Origin: an uncultured Actinomycetota bacterium
GTDB lineage: Bacteria; Actinomycetota; Thermoleophilia; Solirubrobacterales; Solirubrobacteraceae
Length of the DNA: 64,000 bases
NCBI GenBank assembly: GCA_963846395.1
Contig: CAWJVT010000008.1
Coordinates: forward strand, 775,326 to 839,325
Direction of reading: 5' to 3'
The first letter of the stretch is position 1. Each line of letters begins with the position of its first letter. Below the pieces are notes generated by a model that worked only from the letters and a program-made list of their open reading frames with translations, made no database searches and was not told the origin of the DNA. The translations under genes and the position numbers were made by a program. Positions 1 through 10,081 of this stretch are shown here, piece by piece.

Positions 1-956
1 TGACGCCGCCGCCGACCCTGGTCGCGCGAATCAAGGCGGGCGAGGTGGCAGGAGTGATCTTCTTCGCCAACAACATCTCCAGCGACGCGCAGATCAAGGG
101 AGTGGTCGCCGGGCTCCAGGCGGATGCCATGCAGAGTCCGGTGAAGCTGCCGCTGCTGATGATGGTCGATCAGGAGGGCGGGGAGGTCCGGCGCCTGAGC
201 GGACAGCCGCTGCTGTCCGAGAAGCAGATCGGCACCGCGACCAACCCGGGAGCGGCCGCGACGTCCGCGGGTCGCCATGCGGCGCTCAACCTGAAGAGTG
301 TGGGGATCAACGTCAATCTCGCCCCGGTGCTCGATGTCTACAGCCAGGCGGGCAACTTCATCGACCGGTACGGACGCTCCTACTCCCAGGTTCCGGCCAC
401 TGTCGCGCAGCTCGGCGCCGACTTCATCCGCGCGCAACAGCAGGCCGGTGTCGCCGCTACCGCCAAGCATTTCCCCGGACTGGGGACGGCGACGCGCAAC
501 CAGGACACCGACGTCTCGCCGGTCACACTGAGCGTGCCGCTCGGTGCGCTGCGGTCCGTCTCCGAGCTGCCGTACAGGGCCGCGATCAAAGCCGGCGTGA
601 AGCTGGTGATGGTCTCGTGGGCACGGTATCCCGCACTCGACCCGGCGCGCCCGGCCGGCCTGTCAGCCGCGGTGGTCCAGGGAGAGCTTCGCCAGCGCCT
701 GGGCTTCAGAGGCGTGACGATCACCGATGCGCTGGAGGCGGGCGCGCTACGTGACTTTGGGAGCACGGCCAAGCGCGCGGCGCTCGCCGCCGGCGCAGGC
801 ATGGACCTGATCCTCTGCTCGGGCCAGCAGGTTGGTGAGGGAATCGCCGCAGCCAACTCGCTCGCGCAGGCTCTCGCGAGCGGCACGGCGAGCAACGCCG
901 GGTTTGCGACCTCGGTGCGGCGCGTGCTTGCTCTGCGCCAAAGCCTCGTGCAGTAG
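1..956 (+). CDS. glycoside hydrolase family 3 N-terminal domain protein (beta-hexosaminidase/NagZ-like); 5' end probably upstream of window
   Basis: ORF 45..956 carries GH3 signatures (MVDQEGGEV, KHFPGLG). The GH3 catalytic domain normally starts further N-terminal, so the gene probably begins before position 1. Confidence 0.7.
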   Translation, partial: TPPPTLVARIKAGEVAGVIFFANNISSDAQIKGVVAGLQADAMQSPVKLPLLMMVDQEGGEVRRLSGQPLLSEKQIGTATNPGAAATSAGRHAALNLKSVGINVNLAPVLDVYSQAGNFIDRYGRSYSQVPATVAQLGADFIRAQQQAGVAATAKHFPGLGTATRNQDTDVSPVTLSVPLGALRSVSELPYRAAIKAGVKLVMVSWARYPALDPARPAGLSAAVVQGELRQRLGFRGVTITDALEAGALRDFGSTAKRAALAAGAGMDLILCSGQQVGEGIAAANSLAQALASGTASNAGFATSVRRVLALRQSLVQ

Positions 957-1004
957 CGCATACGACTGCTCTGAGCACCGACGCGCTCGTATAAGCTCCA
1001 CTCG

Positions 1005-1361
1005 ATGGATCTTGGCGAGCCGGTTTCCTACGAGGTCGTGGCGAAGGGAACCCCGGTCTACAGCTCCGACGAGGAGCAGATCGGGAAGGTCAGCCATGTG
1101 CTGGCGGCCGAGGATGAGGACGTCTTTGACGGGATCGTGATCGGCGAGCACCTCTTCGGCGAGGAGCACCGTTTCGTCGATGCCGACGACATCCAGGCGA
1201 TCTTCGAGCACGGAGTTGTGCTGAAGCTCGACCGGACCGCCGCCGCAGAGCTGCCGAAGCCATCGGCCAACCCGGCGGTGATGCACATCGATCCGGGCGA
1301 GGCGGCGATTCACCATCAGAAGCTCAGACGCGCCTGGGATCTGATCTCGGGCAATTACTGA
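1005..1361 (+). CDS. small hypothetical protein, possible PRC-barrel-like fold
   Basis: 118-aa ORF in an intergenic gap with typical high-GC codon bias. The segment GKVSHVLAAEDEDVFDGIVIGE resembles PRC-barrel/DUF2171 proteins. Weak call. Confidence 0.4.
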   Translation: MDLGEPVSYEVVAKGTPVYSSDEEQIGKVSHVLAAEDEDVFDGIVIGEHLFGEEHRFVDADDIQAIFEHGVVLKLDRTAAAELPKPSANPAVMHIDPGEAAIHHQKLRRAWDLISGNY

Positions 1362-1554
1362 GCGCCATCTCGAAGACCTGAGCGCGCCAGCCGGTTCATC
1401 CGGTTCGTGAGCTTCGCACGTGGGTAGGTCCGCGGTGTGCCAGATCAACTCGGACAGGAACCCGCGGCCGGCGGCGACCCCACTCACCCCGCTCCCGGCG
1501 TCCAGCCGAATGCGGAGGATCCCGTGACGATGGCGGTGACCGAGCCGCCCGCGC

Positions 1555-1790
1555 ATGCACCACGAGCGACGGGTGTCGCACGCCTCTGGGTGTCGCTGGC
1601 GCCTGGCAACCGTTCTGCTGGTGCTCCTGATCATCTTCATCGCCGAGAACTCACGCTCGGTGACCGTCTCCTTCCTTGGCATTCACGGGCACATCTCGCT
1701 CGGGCTCGCGCTGCTGATCGCAGCCGTCATCGGCGCCCCGTGCCCTGCTGGCAGGTACTGCACGGATCCTGCAGCTGCGCCGGGAGGTCC
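1555..1790 (+). pseudogene. LapA-like (DUF1049) small membrane protein, apparent frameshift near 1735
   Basis: ORF 1555..1869 encodes LLVLLIIFIAENSRSVTVSFLGIHGHISLGLALLIAAVIG, a typical DUF1049/LapA helix. The expected C-terminus (ALLAGTARILQLRREVRPRQARAPPTV*) is found in a different frame after about 1735. Confidence 0.45.
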
Positions 1791-1829
1791 GCCCGCGCCA
1801 AGCGCGCGCCCCTCCAACCGTATAGAGAT

Positions 1830-3283
1830 GTGCTGGCGCTTGCCGCGGCGGCCGATGGCTCGACCCTGAGGTCGACGTGGAGCGACCCGGCGGGCGACGG
1901 CCAGCTCCAGGTCGGACCGGGCGAGCCCCTGGTCGATCGCGCCAAGCTGGGCGATCCTGAACGACTCACCCGTGAGCTCGCACGGCTCGTGCATCTCACC
2001 GATGCGCATGTCATGGACGCGTCCTCGCCCGCGCGGGTCCCCTTCCTGGCTCGCCTCGGGCCACCGTTGCAGTCGACCTTCCGACCGCAGGAGGCACTCA
2101 CCGCCCAGGTGCTGCGCGGCGCGATCAACGCCGTGCGGGCGTTCCACCCGGAGCTGGTGATCCAGGGTGGCGATCTGATCGACAACGACCAGAGCAACGA
2201 GCTCGATCACGCACTGGCGCTGCTGAACGGTGGACGCGTGCATCCGGGCAGCGGTCCCGATGGCTATTACGGGGTGCAGCTGCCCTCCGATCCCGACCCT
2301 TTCTACTACCGCCCAGACATCGACGCGCCCCGCCACCCCGGGATGCTCCGGCACGCAGTCACGGCCGTTCACGAGCCCGGGCGTCGGCGGCCCCTGGGTA
2401 CCGGTGCTGGGGGACCATGACGCCCTGGTGGCCGGGGAGCTGGTCCCGAGCCAGACCACTCAGAGCCTCGCCCTGGGCGACCGGGCCCTGTGGAACATGC
2501 CGACGAACCTGCGGCTGCCCGCCGGACTGAAGCTGAGCGGCAGCGGCTCGCCCGACGGACCGCCGGATCCGAGCTTCGTCGCCTCCTTCCTCGAGCAGGC
2601 GCTGGCCGGCCGCACCGTGCAGGTGCCGCCGGACAGGCGCCGCTACGAGCTGGAGTTCCCCGAGGTGATCGACCGGCTGTGGGCAGGCTCGCACGCTGCG
2701 GCGCAACCGCAGCTGAGCGCTTCCACGACCGCTTCTGAGCAGCTGGATTACGTCCGGGACATCAGCGATTCGCTGCGGCTGATCGTGCTCGACCTGGTGC
2801 GCCGCGAGCGGCGGCTCCGGCGGCCTTGTCCAGGCCGGCCAACCCGCCTGGCTCCAGGAGCAACTCACTGCCGCGGGCGAGCGCTGGGTGATCGTGGTCA
2901 CCCATCAGCCTCTGGAGGACACTGCCGGCGGTCAGCAGCTGTTCGCATTGCTCGACAGCTCGCCCCGCGTGATCGCCGCCCTGGCGGGGCATACGCATCG
3001 CAACCGGATCATCCCCCGCGAGACAGCGGCAGGCGGTTACTGGCTGATCACCACCTGCTCGCTGATCGACTTTCCGCAGCAGTGCCGGGCGCTGCGGCTG
3101 TACGCCACCGAGAGTGGAGGTGTGGCGTTGCAGACCTGGATGCTCGACCATGTCGGCAACGGTCGGCTCGGATCGATCTCCCGCGAGCTCGCCTATCTGG
3201 ACGCGGAGGGTGGCCGCTCGATGCACTTCAGCGGGACCAGGTGGGACCGCAACGTGACGCTGTTCAGGCGGCCGGCGAAGTAG
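1830..3283 (+). pseudogene. calcineurin-like metallophosphoesterase (about 480 aa, TIGR03767/03768-like) split over three frames by two apparent frameshifts (about 2350 and about 2800)
   Basis: Ordered metallophosphoesterase motifs are spread over three overlapping ORFs: VHLTDAHV and GDLIDND in ORF 1437..2420, LGDHD in ORF 2230..3351, GHTHRN in ORF 2888..3283. The alternative frame around 2808-2880 reads GGSGGLVQAGQPAWLQEQLTAAGERWVIVVTHQPLED, which restores continuity. Confidence 0.6.
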
Positions 3284-4273
3284 TCAGGGCCCCGGCGACG
3301 AGGCCGTGCCGGCCTCGTCGATCAACCGCGGCAGCTGCCGATGGGCGATGATCGCCGGGATCGAGATCAGCAGGAAGTTGAAGAGGCGATAGAGCATGAC
3401 GGCGGCAAGCGCCGGTGCCAACGGCTCACGCACCCAGTACAGCGCGTAGGTCATCAGCGCCTCCGTGGCACCCGCGCCGCCCAGCGGGAGCGAGCGCCGC
3501 GTGGCCGCATAGCCGGTGGAGTAGGCGATGATCAGCTTGCCCAGCCCGAGCTGGATGCCGAAGGTGCGCAGGCTCGCCCACAGCGCAAACATGTCGGCGG
3601 CCCAGTAGACGATGATCCCGAGCCACGCCCCGATCTTGTGCAGCGGATCCTCCGTGATCATGCAACGCACACCGTCGATGCCCTCGAGCATCTCGACGAG
3701 CACGCGAGCCCGGCGGCCACCATTCTGCGCAAGCCACTTGGAGCGCATCGGCCGGCTTGCCCACAGCGCCAGCGCCCCACAGGGCGGCACCGCAAGCGCC
3801 CACGGCCACAGCAGCGAGGGCATGACGTCCGCGCCCTGGGCGAGCAGCACGATCGCGGTGATGCACGCGGTCGGGGCGAGGATCGCCCACTCGAAGGTGC
3901 CCAGGGCAAGCACGCGAACGCGGGCGCTGCGGTCGTCCTCGTCGATCGCCTCCAGCATGCGCCTGTCGACGGTGAATCCACCACCCAGCGCGAACGGGCC
4001 GAAGCCGGCTACCACGATGCGGGTGACGATCGGCAGCGACAGTCGCCCGTGGCCGTGCATCGCCGCGACCGTGCGGTAGGCGAGCACATACGCCGGATAG
4101 GTGATCAGCTGCGCAGCGGCGACCACTGCGATCCATCCCGGGTCGACGTTCTCGAAGGCCCGTCCGATCGCGTCGGCTCCGGTCGCGTGTGCGATCAGGA
4201 TCACCGCAACCGCGGCCAACAGCATGGCGAAGATCGTGGACAGCCACGGCCGACCGCGGAACGGCTCACGCAC
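3284..4273 (-). CDS. UPF0104 family integral membrane protein (lysylphosphatidylglycerol-synthase TM-region/flippase-like)
   Basis: 329-aa ORF with multiple hydrophobic helices resembling the TIGR00374/UPF0104 family. It lies immediately downstream of hpnH on the same strand with only a 40-nt gap. Confidence 0.6.
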   Translation of the reverse strand: MREPFRGRPWLSTIFAMLLAAVAVILIAHATGADAIGRAFENVDPGWIAVVAAAQLITYPAYVLAYRTVAAMHGHGRLSLPIVTRIVVAGFGPFALGGGFTVDRRMLEAIDEDDRSARVRVLALGTFEWAILAPTACITAIVLLAQGADVMPSLLWPWALAVPPCGALALWASRPMRSKWLAQNGGRRARVLVEMLEGIDGVRCMITEDPLHKIGAWLGIIVYWAADMFALWASLRTFGIQLGLGKLIIAYSTGYAATRRSLPLGGAGATEALMTYALYWVREPLAPALAAVMLYRLFNFLLISIPAIIAHRQLPRLIDEAGTASSPGP

Positions 4274-4313
4274 GATTAGACGCTACCCGCGTCTGGGGCA
4301 TTGCCCCGACCCG

Positions 4314-5318
4314 CTAGGAGTGCACGAGCGCCCGCAGAGACTGCTTGACCGAGCGCGTCGAGGCCACCACTGCCGTCGGCTCATATCCGCAATGCGCCAT
4401 GCAGTTCTCGCAGCGCGGGTCGTTGCCACGGCCGTACTGGTCCCAGTCCGTGGTCTCGAGCAGCTCCTTATAGGTCTCCGTGTAGCCGTCGCCCATCAGA
4501 TAGCAGGGCCGCTGCCAGCCGAACAGCGAGTAGCTCGGGATGCCCCATGGCGTGCACTGGAAGTCCTCCTTGCCCTCGAGGAAGTCCAGGAACAGCGGCG
4601 AGTGGTTCAGACGCCACTTCTTGCGACGGCCGTCGGCGAACGCGGCCTTGAACAGCTCTCGCGTCTGGCGCACACCGAGGAAGTGCTCCTGATCAGGCGC
4701 CTTCTCGTACGCGTAGGCCGGCGAGATCATCATCTGGTCGACCTCGAGCTCGTCGTTGAGGAAGTCCAGCACCGACCTCACCGTCTCGGCGGAGTCGTGC
4801 GTGAAGAAGGTCGTGTTGGTGGTCACGCGGAAGCCCTTGGCCTTGGCTGCCTTGATCGCCGCGACCGCCTTGTCGAACACGCCCTCGCGTGCGACCGAGG
4901 CGTCATGGCGCTCGCGCAGGCCGTCGATGTGGACGGCCCAGGAGAAGTACGGCGAGGGCGTGAACTGGTCGAGCTTCTTCTCCAGCAGCAGCGCGTTGGT
5001 GCAGAGGTAGACGAACTTCTTGCGCTTGACCAGCTGGCGCACGATCTCATCGATCTCCGGATGGATCAGGGGCTCGCCGCCGGCTATCGAGACCATCGGC
5101 GCACCGCACTCCTCAACCGCTCCGACTGCCTGCGCGACGGGCATGCGCCGGCGCAGTTCATGCTCAGGATGCTGGATCTTGCCGCAGCCCTCGCAGGCGA
5201 GGTTGCACTGGAAGAGCGGTTCGAGCTCGAGGATCAGCGGGTACTTGTCGATGCCGCGCACACGCTGCTTCATCAGGTAGGCGCCCATCCGGGCGGCCTG
5301 TCTCATTGGGACGGCCAT
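4314..5318 (-). CDS. hpnH: adenosyl-hopene transferase (hopanoid-associated radical SAM protein)
   Basis: 334-aa ORF with the radical-SAM CNLACEGCGKIQHP motif and strong overall resemblance to HpnH (KYPLILELEPLFQCNLAC...). Confidence 0.88.
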   Translation of the reverse strand: MAVPMRQAARMGAYLMKQRVRGIDKYPLILELEPLFQCNLACEGCGKIQHPEHELRRRMPVAQAVGAVEECGAPMVSIAGGEPLIHPEIDEIVRQLVKRKKFVYLCTNALLLEKKLDQFTPSPYFSWAVHIDGLRERHDASVAREGVFDKAVAAIKAAKAKGFRVTTNTTFFTHDSAETVRSVLDFLNDELEVDQMMISPAYAYEKAPDQEHFLGVRQTRELFKAAFADGRRKKWRLNHSPLFLDFLEGKEDFQCTPWGIPSYSLFGWQRPCYLMGDGYTETYKELLETTDWDQYGRGNDPRCENCMAHCGYEPTAVVASTRSVKQSLRALVHS

Positions 5319-5319
5319 G

Positions 5320-7002
5320 TCACAAGTCTCCTATATCTGGGTTGCTCTCGGTAGCAGTCCCCGCGGCCTCAGACGCGGTCCTGACTTCCGGAGGTAGCTT
5401 GAACTGCATCGTCTCAGTGGCCACGGTGCGCTCGCTGACGGTGACCTTGCCGAGTCCGCCAAGCGCATCGATCACCTGCTCGACCAGCGCCTCCGGGGCA
5501 GATGCACCGGCTGTCAATCCGATGCGGCGTGCACCCTGCAGGATGACTGGCGGAATCTGCGAGGCGTCATCGATCAACCTCGCACGACACCCCGCACGCT
5601 CGGCCACCTCGACCAGACGCCGGGAGTTTGAAGAGTTGGCGGAGCCCACGACCAGGATCAGATCACAGTCGCGGGCCAGCGCCCGCACGGCATCCTGGCG
5701 GTTCTGGGTCGCGTAACAGATGTCGCTGGAGGCGGGCCCGACGGCGCTCGGGAACCGCTCGCGCAGGACTGCCACGACCTGCTCGGTCTCGTCGACCGCG
5801 AGCGTCGTCTGGCTGAGATAGGCGACACGCTCCGGATCAGCGACCCGCACGCCGGCAACCTCCTCGGCGGAGGCGACGATCTGGATGCGGTCCGGCGCCT
5901 CCCCGAAGGTGCCGTCGACCTCCTCGTGGCCCGCATGGCCGACGAGCACGATGTCAAACCCGGTGGCCGCGAACCTGCGCGCTTCGGCGTGGACCTTCGA
6001 AACCAGCGGGCAGGTCGCGTCGATAACGTCCAGGTCGCGTTGCCTTGCCTCGCCGCGAACCGCCGGCGAGACACCGTGGGCCGAGAAGATCACGGTCTGG
6101 CCCTTCGGCACGTCGGCGAGCTCGTCGACGAAGACCGCGCCGCGCTCCTCGAGCGAGCGCACGACGTGTGCGTTGTGAACGATCTGCTTGCGCACGTAGA
6201 TCGGCGCACCCCGGTCCTCGAGCACGCGCTCGACGATCTCGATCGCGCGCTCGACCCCAGCGCATGAGGCGCGCGGCGAGGCCAGCACCACCTCCCGCGA
6301 GCCGAGTGCGTTGGCCCACTCCTCAATCAACGAGAACGCGCGACGCAGCGCGCGATACGCGGTCGCCGCTCCGGTGAGCGTCTGCAGCGGACGGTGCAGC
6401 TCACGCCGGTTGGTGTCGAGCACCACACGCAAAGTGACAAGCGGCCGTTGCCCTGCGGCGGGCGCCAGCCAGGCCGACTCCATGTCGACGGCCAGCGCGC
6501 CGCTGCGATAAAGCGCCCGGCGCCGCTCCCCCACCACCAGCCGCTGACTCGAGGCGATCGGCCCGACGTGCACGCGCAAGCCCCCACGTCGCAGCACGCC
6601 GGCGAGGATCGTCGGGTCGTCGCATGCGACCGTACCTGTGGGGCCGCGCAACTCGGTTGCGAGCACGATGTCACCGGGCTCGAGCTCCGGATCGAGCGCG
6701 CCGCAGAACCCGGCGATCAGGATCGGACGGTTTCCACCGGCTGCTGCCTTCTGCGCCGAGCGGGCAGCGCGACGGGGGCCCATGCCGACGCGACGGACCT
6801 CGGCCCAGGGCGCACCGGCGCGCACAGCGCGCGCCTCGAGCGTCAGCGGCGCGAGCACAACGATCTCATCCGAGCCCTCCCGGGGCTCTGAATCGTCGGA
6901 GTGCTCCACCGATGCGAGTGCAGTGCTCATCTGACCTTCGCTATCCGTTCCATCAGCGCGCTCAGACCCTAACCGCGGCGGGCTCTGTAGTCGGCCTGAC
7001 AT
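5320..7002 (-). CDS. hpnG-ispH: fusion protein: HpnG-like hopanoid nucleosidase (PNP/MTAN fold, N-terminal about 230 aa) plus 4-hydroxy-3-methylbut-2-enyl diphosphate reductase IspH/LytB (C-terminal about 330 aa)
   Basis: Single uninterrupted 560-aa ORF. The N-terminal part has the MTAN-like motifs GFCGAL and VDMESAW. The C-terminal part matches IspH (IYVRKQIVHNAHVV, VIFSAHGVSP, IDATCPLVSKVH, SANSSNSRRL). Confidence 0.85.
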   Translation of the reverse strand: MSGRLQSPPRLGSERADGTDSEGQMSTALASVEHSDDSEPREGSDEIVVLAPLTLEARAVRAGAPWAEVRRVGMGPRRAARSAQKAAAGGNRPILIAGFCGALDPELEPGDIVLATELRGPTGTVACDDPTILAGVLRRGGLRVHVGPIASSQRLVVGERRRALYRSGALAVDMESAWLAPAAGQRPLVTLRVVLDTNRRELHRPLQTLTGAATAYRALRRAFSLIEEWANALGSREVVLASPRASCAGVERAIEIVERVLEDRGAPIYVRKQIVHNAHVVRSLEERGAVFVDELADVPKGQTVIFSAHGVSPAVRGEARQRDLDVIDATCPLVSKVHAEARRFAATGFDIVLVGHAGHEEVDGTFGEAPDRIQIVASAEEVAGVRVADPERVAYLSQTTLAVDETEQVVAVLRERFPSAVGPASSDICYATQNRQDAVRALARDCDLILVVGSANSSNSRRLVEVAERAGCRARLIDDASQIPPVILQGARRIGLTAGASAPEALVEQVIDALGGLGKVTVSERTVATETMQFKLPPEVRTASEAAGTATESNPDIGDL

Positions 7003-8352
7003 TCGCGATCGCGGCCAGGACCTCGCGTGCGGCCGCGTGACCGCTGCGGACCGCGCCCTCCATCGTTGCCGGCCAGCCGGTGTCGGTCCAGGCCCCGGCG
7101 AGCACCAGCCCGCGGCAGCTCCGTCCTCGGACCGGGACGCCAGGCGCGCGTACCGGGGGCCGCGCGGAAGGTGGCCGCATGCTCCCGGGTCACGAAGAAC
7201 TGGCGGACCGTCGCGCCCGCCGCCAGCGGCAACAGCTCCGCAAGCGCCGGAAGGTACCGCGCGCGCAGATCCTCGGCGGTCGCATGCAGCTCATCGTCGG
7301 CGGCCGACAGCGAGATCGCCAGATACTGCCCTTCCGCCAGCCCCGAGCTGTGTGTCCGGTCGAAGACCCACTGCACCGGCGTCTCGACCCCGGCCGCGAA
7401 CGGGTGCTCCAACACGCGGCGGTCGTAGATGACGTGCAGGTTGATGATCGGCGAGCTTCCGAGGCGGTCGGCAGCGCCGTCGTCGAATCCCGCCTGCAGC
7501 GGCAGCACACTCGTCGCGCGCGCCGGCGGCAGCGCCACGACGACCCCGTCGAAGTGCGCGCCGAAGCCATCACTCGCGTCCACGTGAAATCCCGCAGGCC
7601 CGCTGTCCCCGTCTCCCGGAGCCACGGAAGTGATCGCCTGTGCGGTGCTGCGCAGGTGTACGTTCACGCCGCGGCGCTCGAGCGCGGCGGCGGCTGCCTG
7701 GTCGTGTATCTCCCCCAGGGGGACGGCCGCCCAGCCGATGTCACCGGCCGCGGCATCGGCGAGCAATCCGGTCTGGAAGACCTGGGCGGCCTGAGCCAGC
7801 GAGGCATCGTCGACGCTGAGATTGACCGTCGGACGCGTGATCAGGTCCCAGATCGCCTCGACCGCCGCCGGGCTCTGGCGGTGGCGGCGAAGCCAGTCAC
7901 CGAACGACAACGCATCATTGGCGGGATCGTCCACGTCGACGGAGCGAAGCTGCTGCATCGCCCAAGCCAACGCAACGCGCTCGCGCATCCCCAGGTACGG
8001 ATAACGCAGGAGCGAGGCAGCCAGATGCAGCGGAGCCGGGAGCTGCGAACGCCGCAGCGAGCCGCGCCTGCCTCCGGGCGCCAGCACCGGAACCTCCAGC
8101 CGCGGCTGCAACGTCACCAGCTGACCTGCGCCGAGCTGCTTCGACCAGATCGCGGTAGGCGGTGCAGCAGCGCAGGAACACATGCTGCCCGTTGTCGACG
8201 CTCAGCTCGTCACGTTCGAACGAGTAGGCCGCGCCACCGAGGCGGCCGCGGGCCTCGAGCAGCGTCACCTCCGCCCCCTCGCGGGCGCAGTCGAGCGCCG
8301 CGGTGATCCCGGCCAGGCCACCGCCGATCACGACGACGCGTCGGCGTGTCAT
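6962..8352 (-). CDS. hpnE: hydroxysqualene dehydroxylase (FAD-dependent) with two apparent frameshifts (about 7160 and about 8155)
   Basis: N-terminus MTRRRVVVIGGGLAG...FLRCCTAYR is in ORF 7915..8562, the middle in ORF 6969..8183, and the C-terminus LVLAGAWTDTGWPATMEGAVRSGHAAAREVLA in ORF 6962..7180. Start at 8352 overlaps the hpnD stop (ATGA). Confidence 0.75.
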
Positions 8353-9230
8353 CGCCAGCGTTCCCCTCCGGCCACGACCAGGCTGCGCGCTGCCACCCAG
8401 GTCTTCTCGAGCGGAGAGAGCGAGATCCGGCCACGCATCACCTGTGCCGGGTCCTCGAGGATCCGGTCGAGTATGCGCCGGTAGATCCCGGTCATGGCCT
8501 GCACACATGACGCGCTGCGGACGTCGAGCAGCTCGACCAGCCGCATGCCGCGATCGAACCACTGCTCGGCGCGTTCGGCCTCGAAGCGGACCAGAGCCGT
8601 GACCTCTGGCTCGGCTGTGGCGGCCAGATCCATGCAGCCGAAGCGCTCGCGATCCTCTGCCGGGATGTAGGTGCGGCCCCGATCCCGGTCCTCGACGATG
8701 TCGCGCAGGATGTTGGTCAGCTGCATCGCCACGCCCAGATCGTCAGCCAAACTGTAGGCGTCGTCACTGGCGGCGCCATCACTGAAGATCGCGAGGCACA
8801 GCCGCCCGACCGAGCCGGCGACGCAACGGCAGTAGCGCACCAGCTCTTCAAAGCTCTGGTACTCCGCGCCGAGCACGTCCAGCTCGACGCCCTCGATCAA
8901 CAGTTCGAGCGCGTCGACCGGCAGGCGATATTGCTCGGTTGCGTGCGCGAGCGCGATCATGACCGGATCGTCCGTGTGGGCTCGGCCGTCAGCCAGCGCC
9001 GTAATCCGGCTGCGCTCGAGGGCGAGGCGATCCAGCTGCTCTGCCCGATCCAGGGCGCCGTCGTCACCGATGTCATCGACCCGTCGCGCGAAGGCGTAGG
9101 TGGCGCACATCGCCTGGCGCTTGAAGCGCGACAGCAGGCGGATGCCGTAATAGAAGTTGGCGGCCTCGCGACGCGTGATCTGTTCGCACTCGCGGTAGGC
9201 GTACTCGAGCTCGATTGCCGCCACCGTCAT
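8349..9230 (-). CDS. hpnD: presqualene diphosphate synthase (squalene synthase family)
   Basis: ORF 8349..9260 with squalene/phytoene synthase motifs (YCRCVAGSVG, DDLGVAMQLTNILRDIVED). Probable start MTVAA at 9230 overlaps the hpnC stop (ATGA). Confidence 0.8.
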   Translation of the reverse strand: MTVAAIELEYAYRECEQITRREAANFYYGIRLLSRFKRQAMCATYAFARRVDDIGDDGALDRAEQLDRLALERSRITALADGRAHTDDPVMIALAHATEQYRLPVDALELLIEGVELDVLGAEYQSFEELVRYCRCVAGSVGRLCLAIFSDGAASDDAYSLADDLGVAMQLTNILRDIVEDRDRGRTYIPAEDRERFGCMDLAATAEPEVTALVRFEAERAEQWFDRGMRLVELLDVRSASCVQAMTGIYRRILDRILEDPAQVMRGRISLSPLEKTWVAARSLVVAGGERWR

Positions 9231-10081
9231 CGTCCTGCCGCCGTCCTCAGCATCTGCCATATGTAAGCGAGTCGGGTCGCTGCGCCCTGTTCGAGTGTGT
9301 CAAGAGCGCGCAGGCCCCCGGCCGTGAACCCCGCGACGGCAAGCCGCGGCGCAGGCGGCAGCGTGCGGGCAAGCGGCCCGCCGCTGCCGAGCAGAGCTCT
9401 GGCTCGAGCCGCCTCGAACGAGATCAGGGCGCGTAGCTGTGCGGACGGCACCGGCGCCGCCAGGTCCTGATCGGTGCAACCAAAGCGGTCCAGGTCCTCG
9501 CGCGGCATGTAGATCCGCCCGCGACGATGATCCTCGGAGATGTCCTGAAGGTGCTCGACAACCTGCAGGCCCGCGCACACCCGATCGGAGAGCGCAACGC
9601 GGTTCGAGGTTGCCACGCCGAACACTCCCAACACCAGCTCGCCCACCGGCGCCGCCGAAAGCTGGCAGTAGTCGAGCAGCTGCGTGAAGGTCTCATAGCG
9701 GGTGAGCACCTGGTCCATGCGGTTTGCGGCGATCAGCCGCTCGAACGGGCCGACCGGCAGCTGGCATTCCCGCACGGTCGACGCAAGCTCCTGCATCAGC
9801 GGATGCAATGGCTCGCCGAGGCCCGGCTCGCCAAACACGCGATGCAGCTCCAGCGCAACCAGATCGAGCAGCGCGCCGCGGTCCCCGGGCGCCTCGTCGC
9901 CGACATCATCGACCAGGCGCGCGAAGCCGTAGATCGCCATCAGGTGCCGTGCCCGCCTGCGGCCGAGGATGCCGCTGGCGACGGTGAAGTTCTCCCTGCC
10001 CGCCTGGGGCAGCACCTGATCTCGAGTGGGCAGCGCCGCGATCGCCGGTGTCTTGGCGGCCGTCGGCGCCGATGCGCTCAT
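9227..10081 (-). CDS. hpnC: hydroxysqualene synthase (squalene synthase family)
   Basis: ORF 9227..10222 with squalene-synthase-like motifs (YCQLSAAPVGELVL, LQVVEHLQDISED). The internal start MSASAP at 10081 overlaps the shc stop by ATGA. Confidence 0.8.
   Translation of the reverse strand: MSASAPTAAKTPAIAALPTRDQVLPQAGRENFTVASGILGRRRARHLMAIYGFARLVDDVGDEAPGDRGALLDLVALELHRVFGEPGLGEPLHPLMQELASTVRECQLPVGPFERLIAANRMDQVLTRYETFTQLLDYCQLSAAPVGELVLGVFGVATSNRVALSDRVCAGLQVVEHLQDISEDHRRGRIYMPREDLDRFGCTDQDLAAPVPSAQLRALISFEAARARALLGSGGPLARTLPPAPRLAVAGFTAGGLRALDTLEQGAATRLAYIWQMLRTAAGR

Noticed and set aside
380-1682. Long antisense ORFs (380..961 -, 747..1682 -, 721..978 -) overlapping the GH3 gene
   Set aside because: Arg/Ala-rich translations typical of out-of-frame reading of high-GC DNA. 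No motifs. They overlap a gene with clear family signatures.
1437-1830. N-terminal 130 aa of ORF 1437..2420
   Set aside because: Pro/Arg/Ala-rich with no protein-like pattern. It overlaps the LapA-like reading frame. The metallophosphoesterase more likely starts near 1830.
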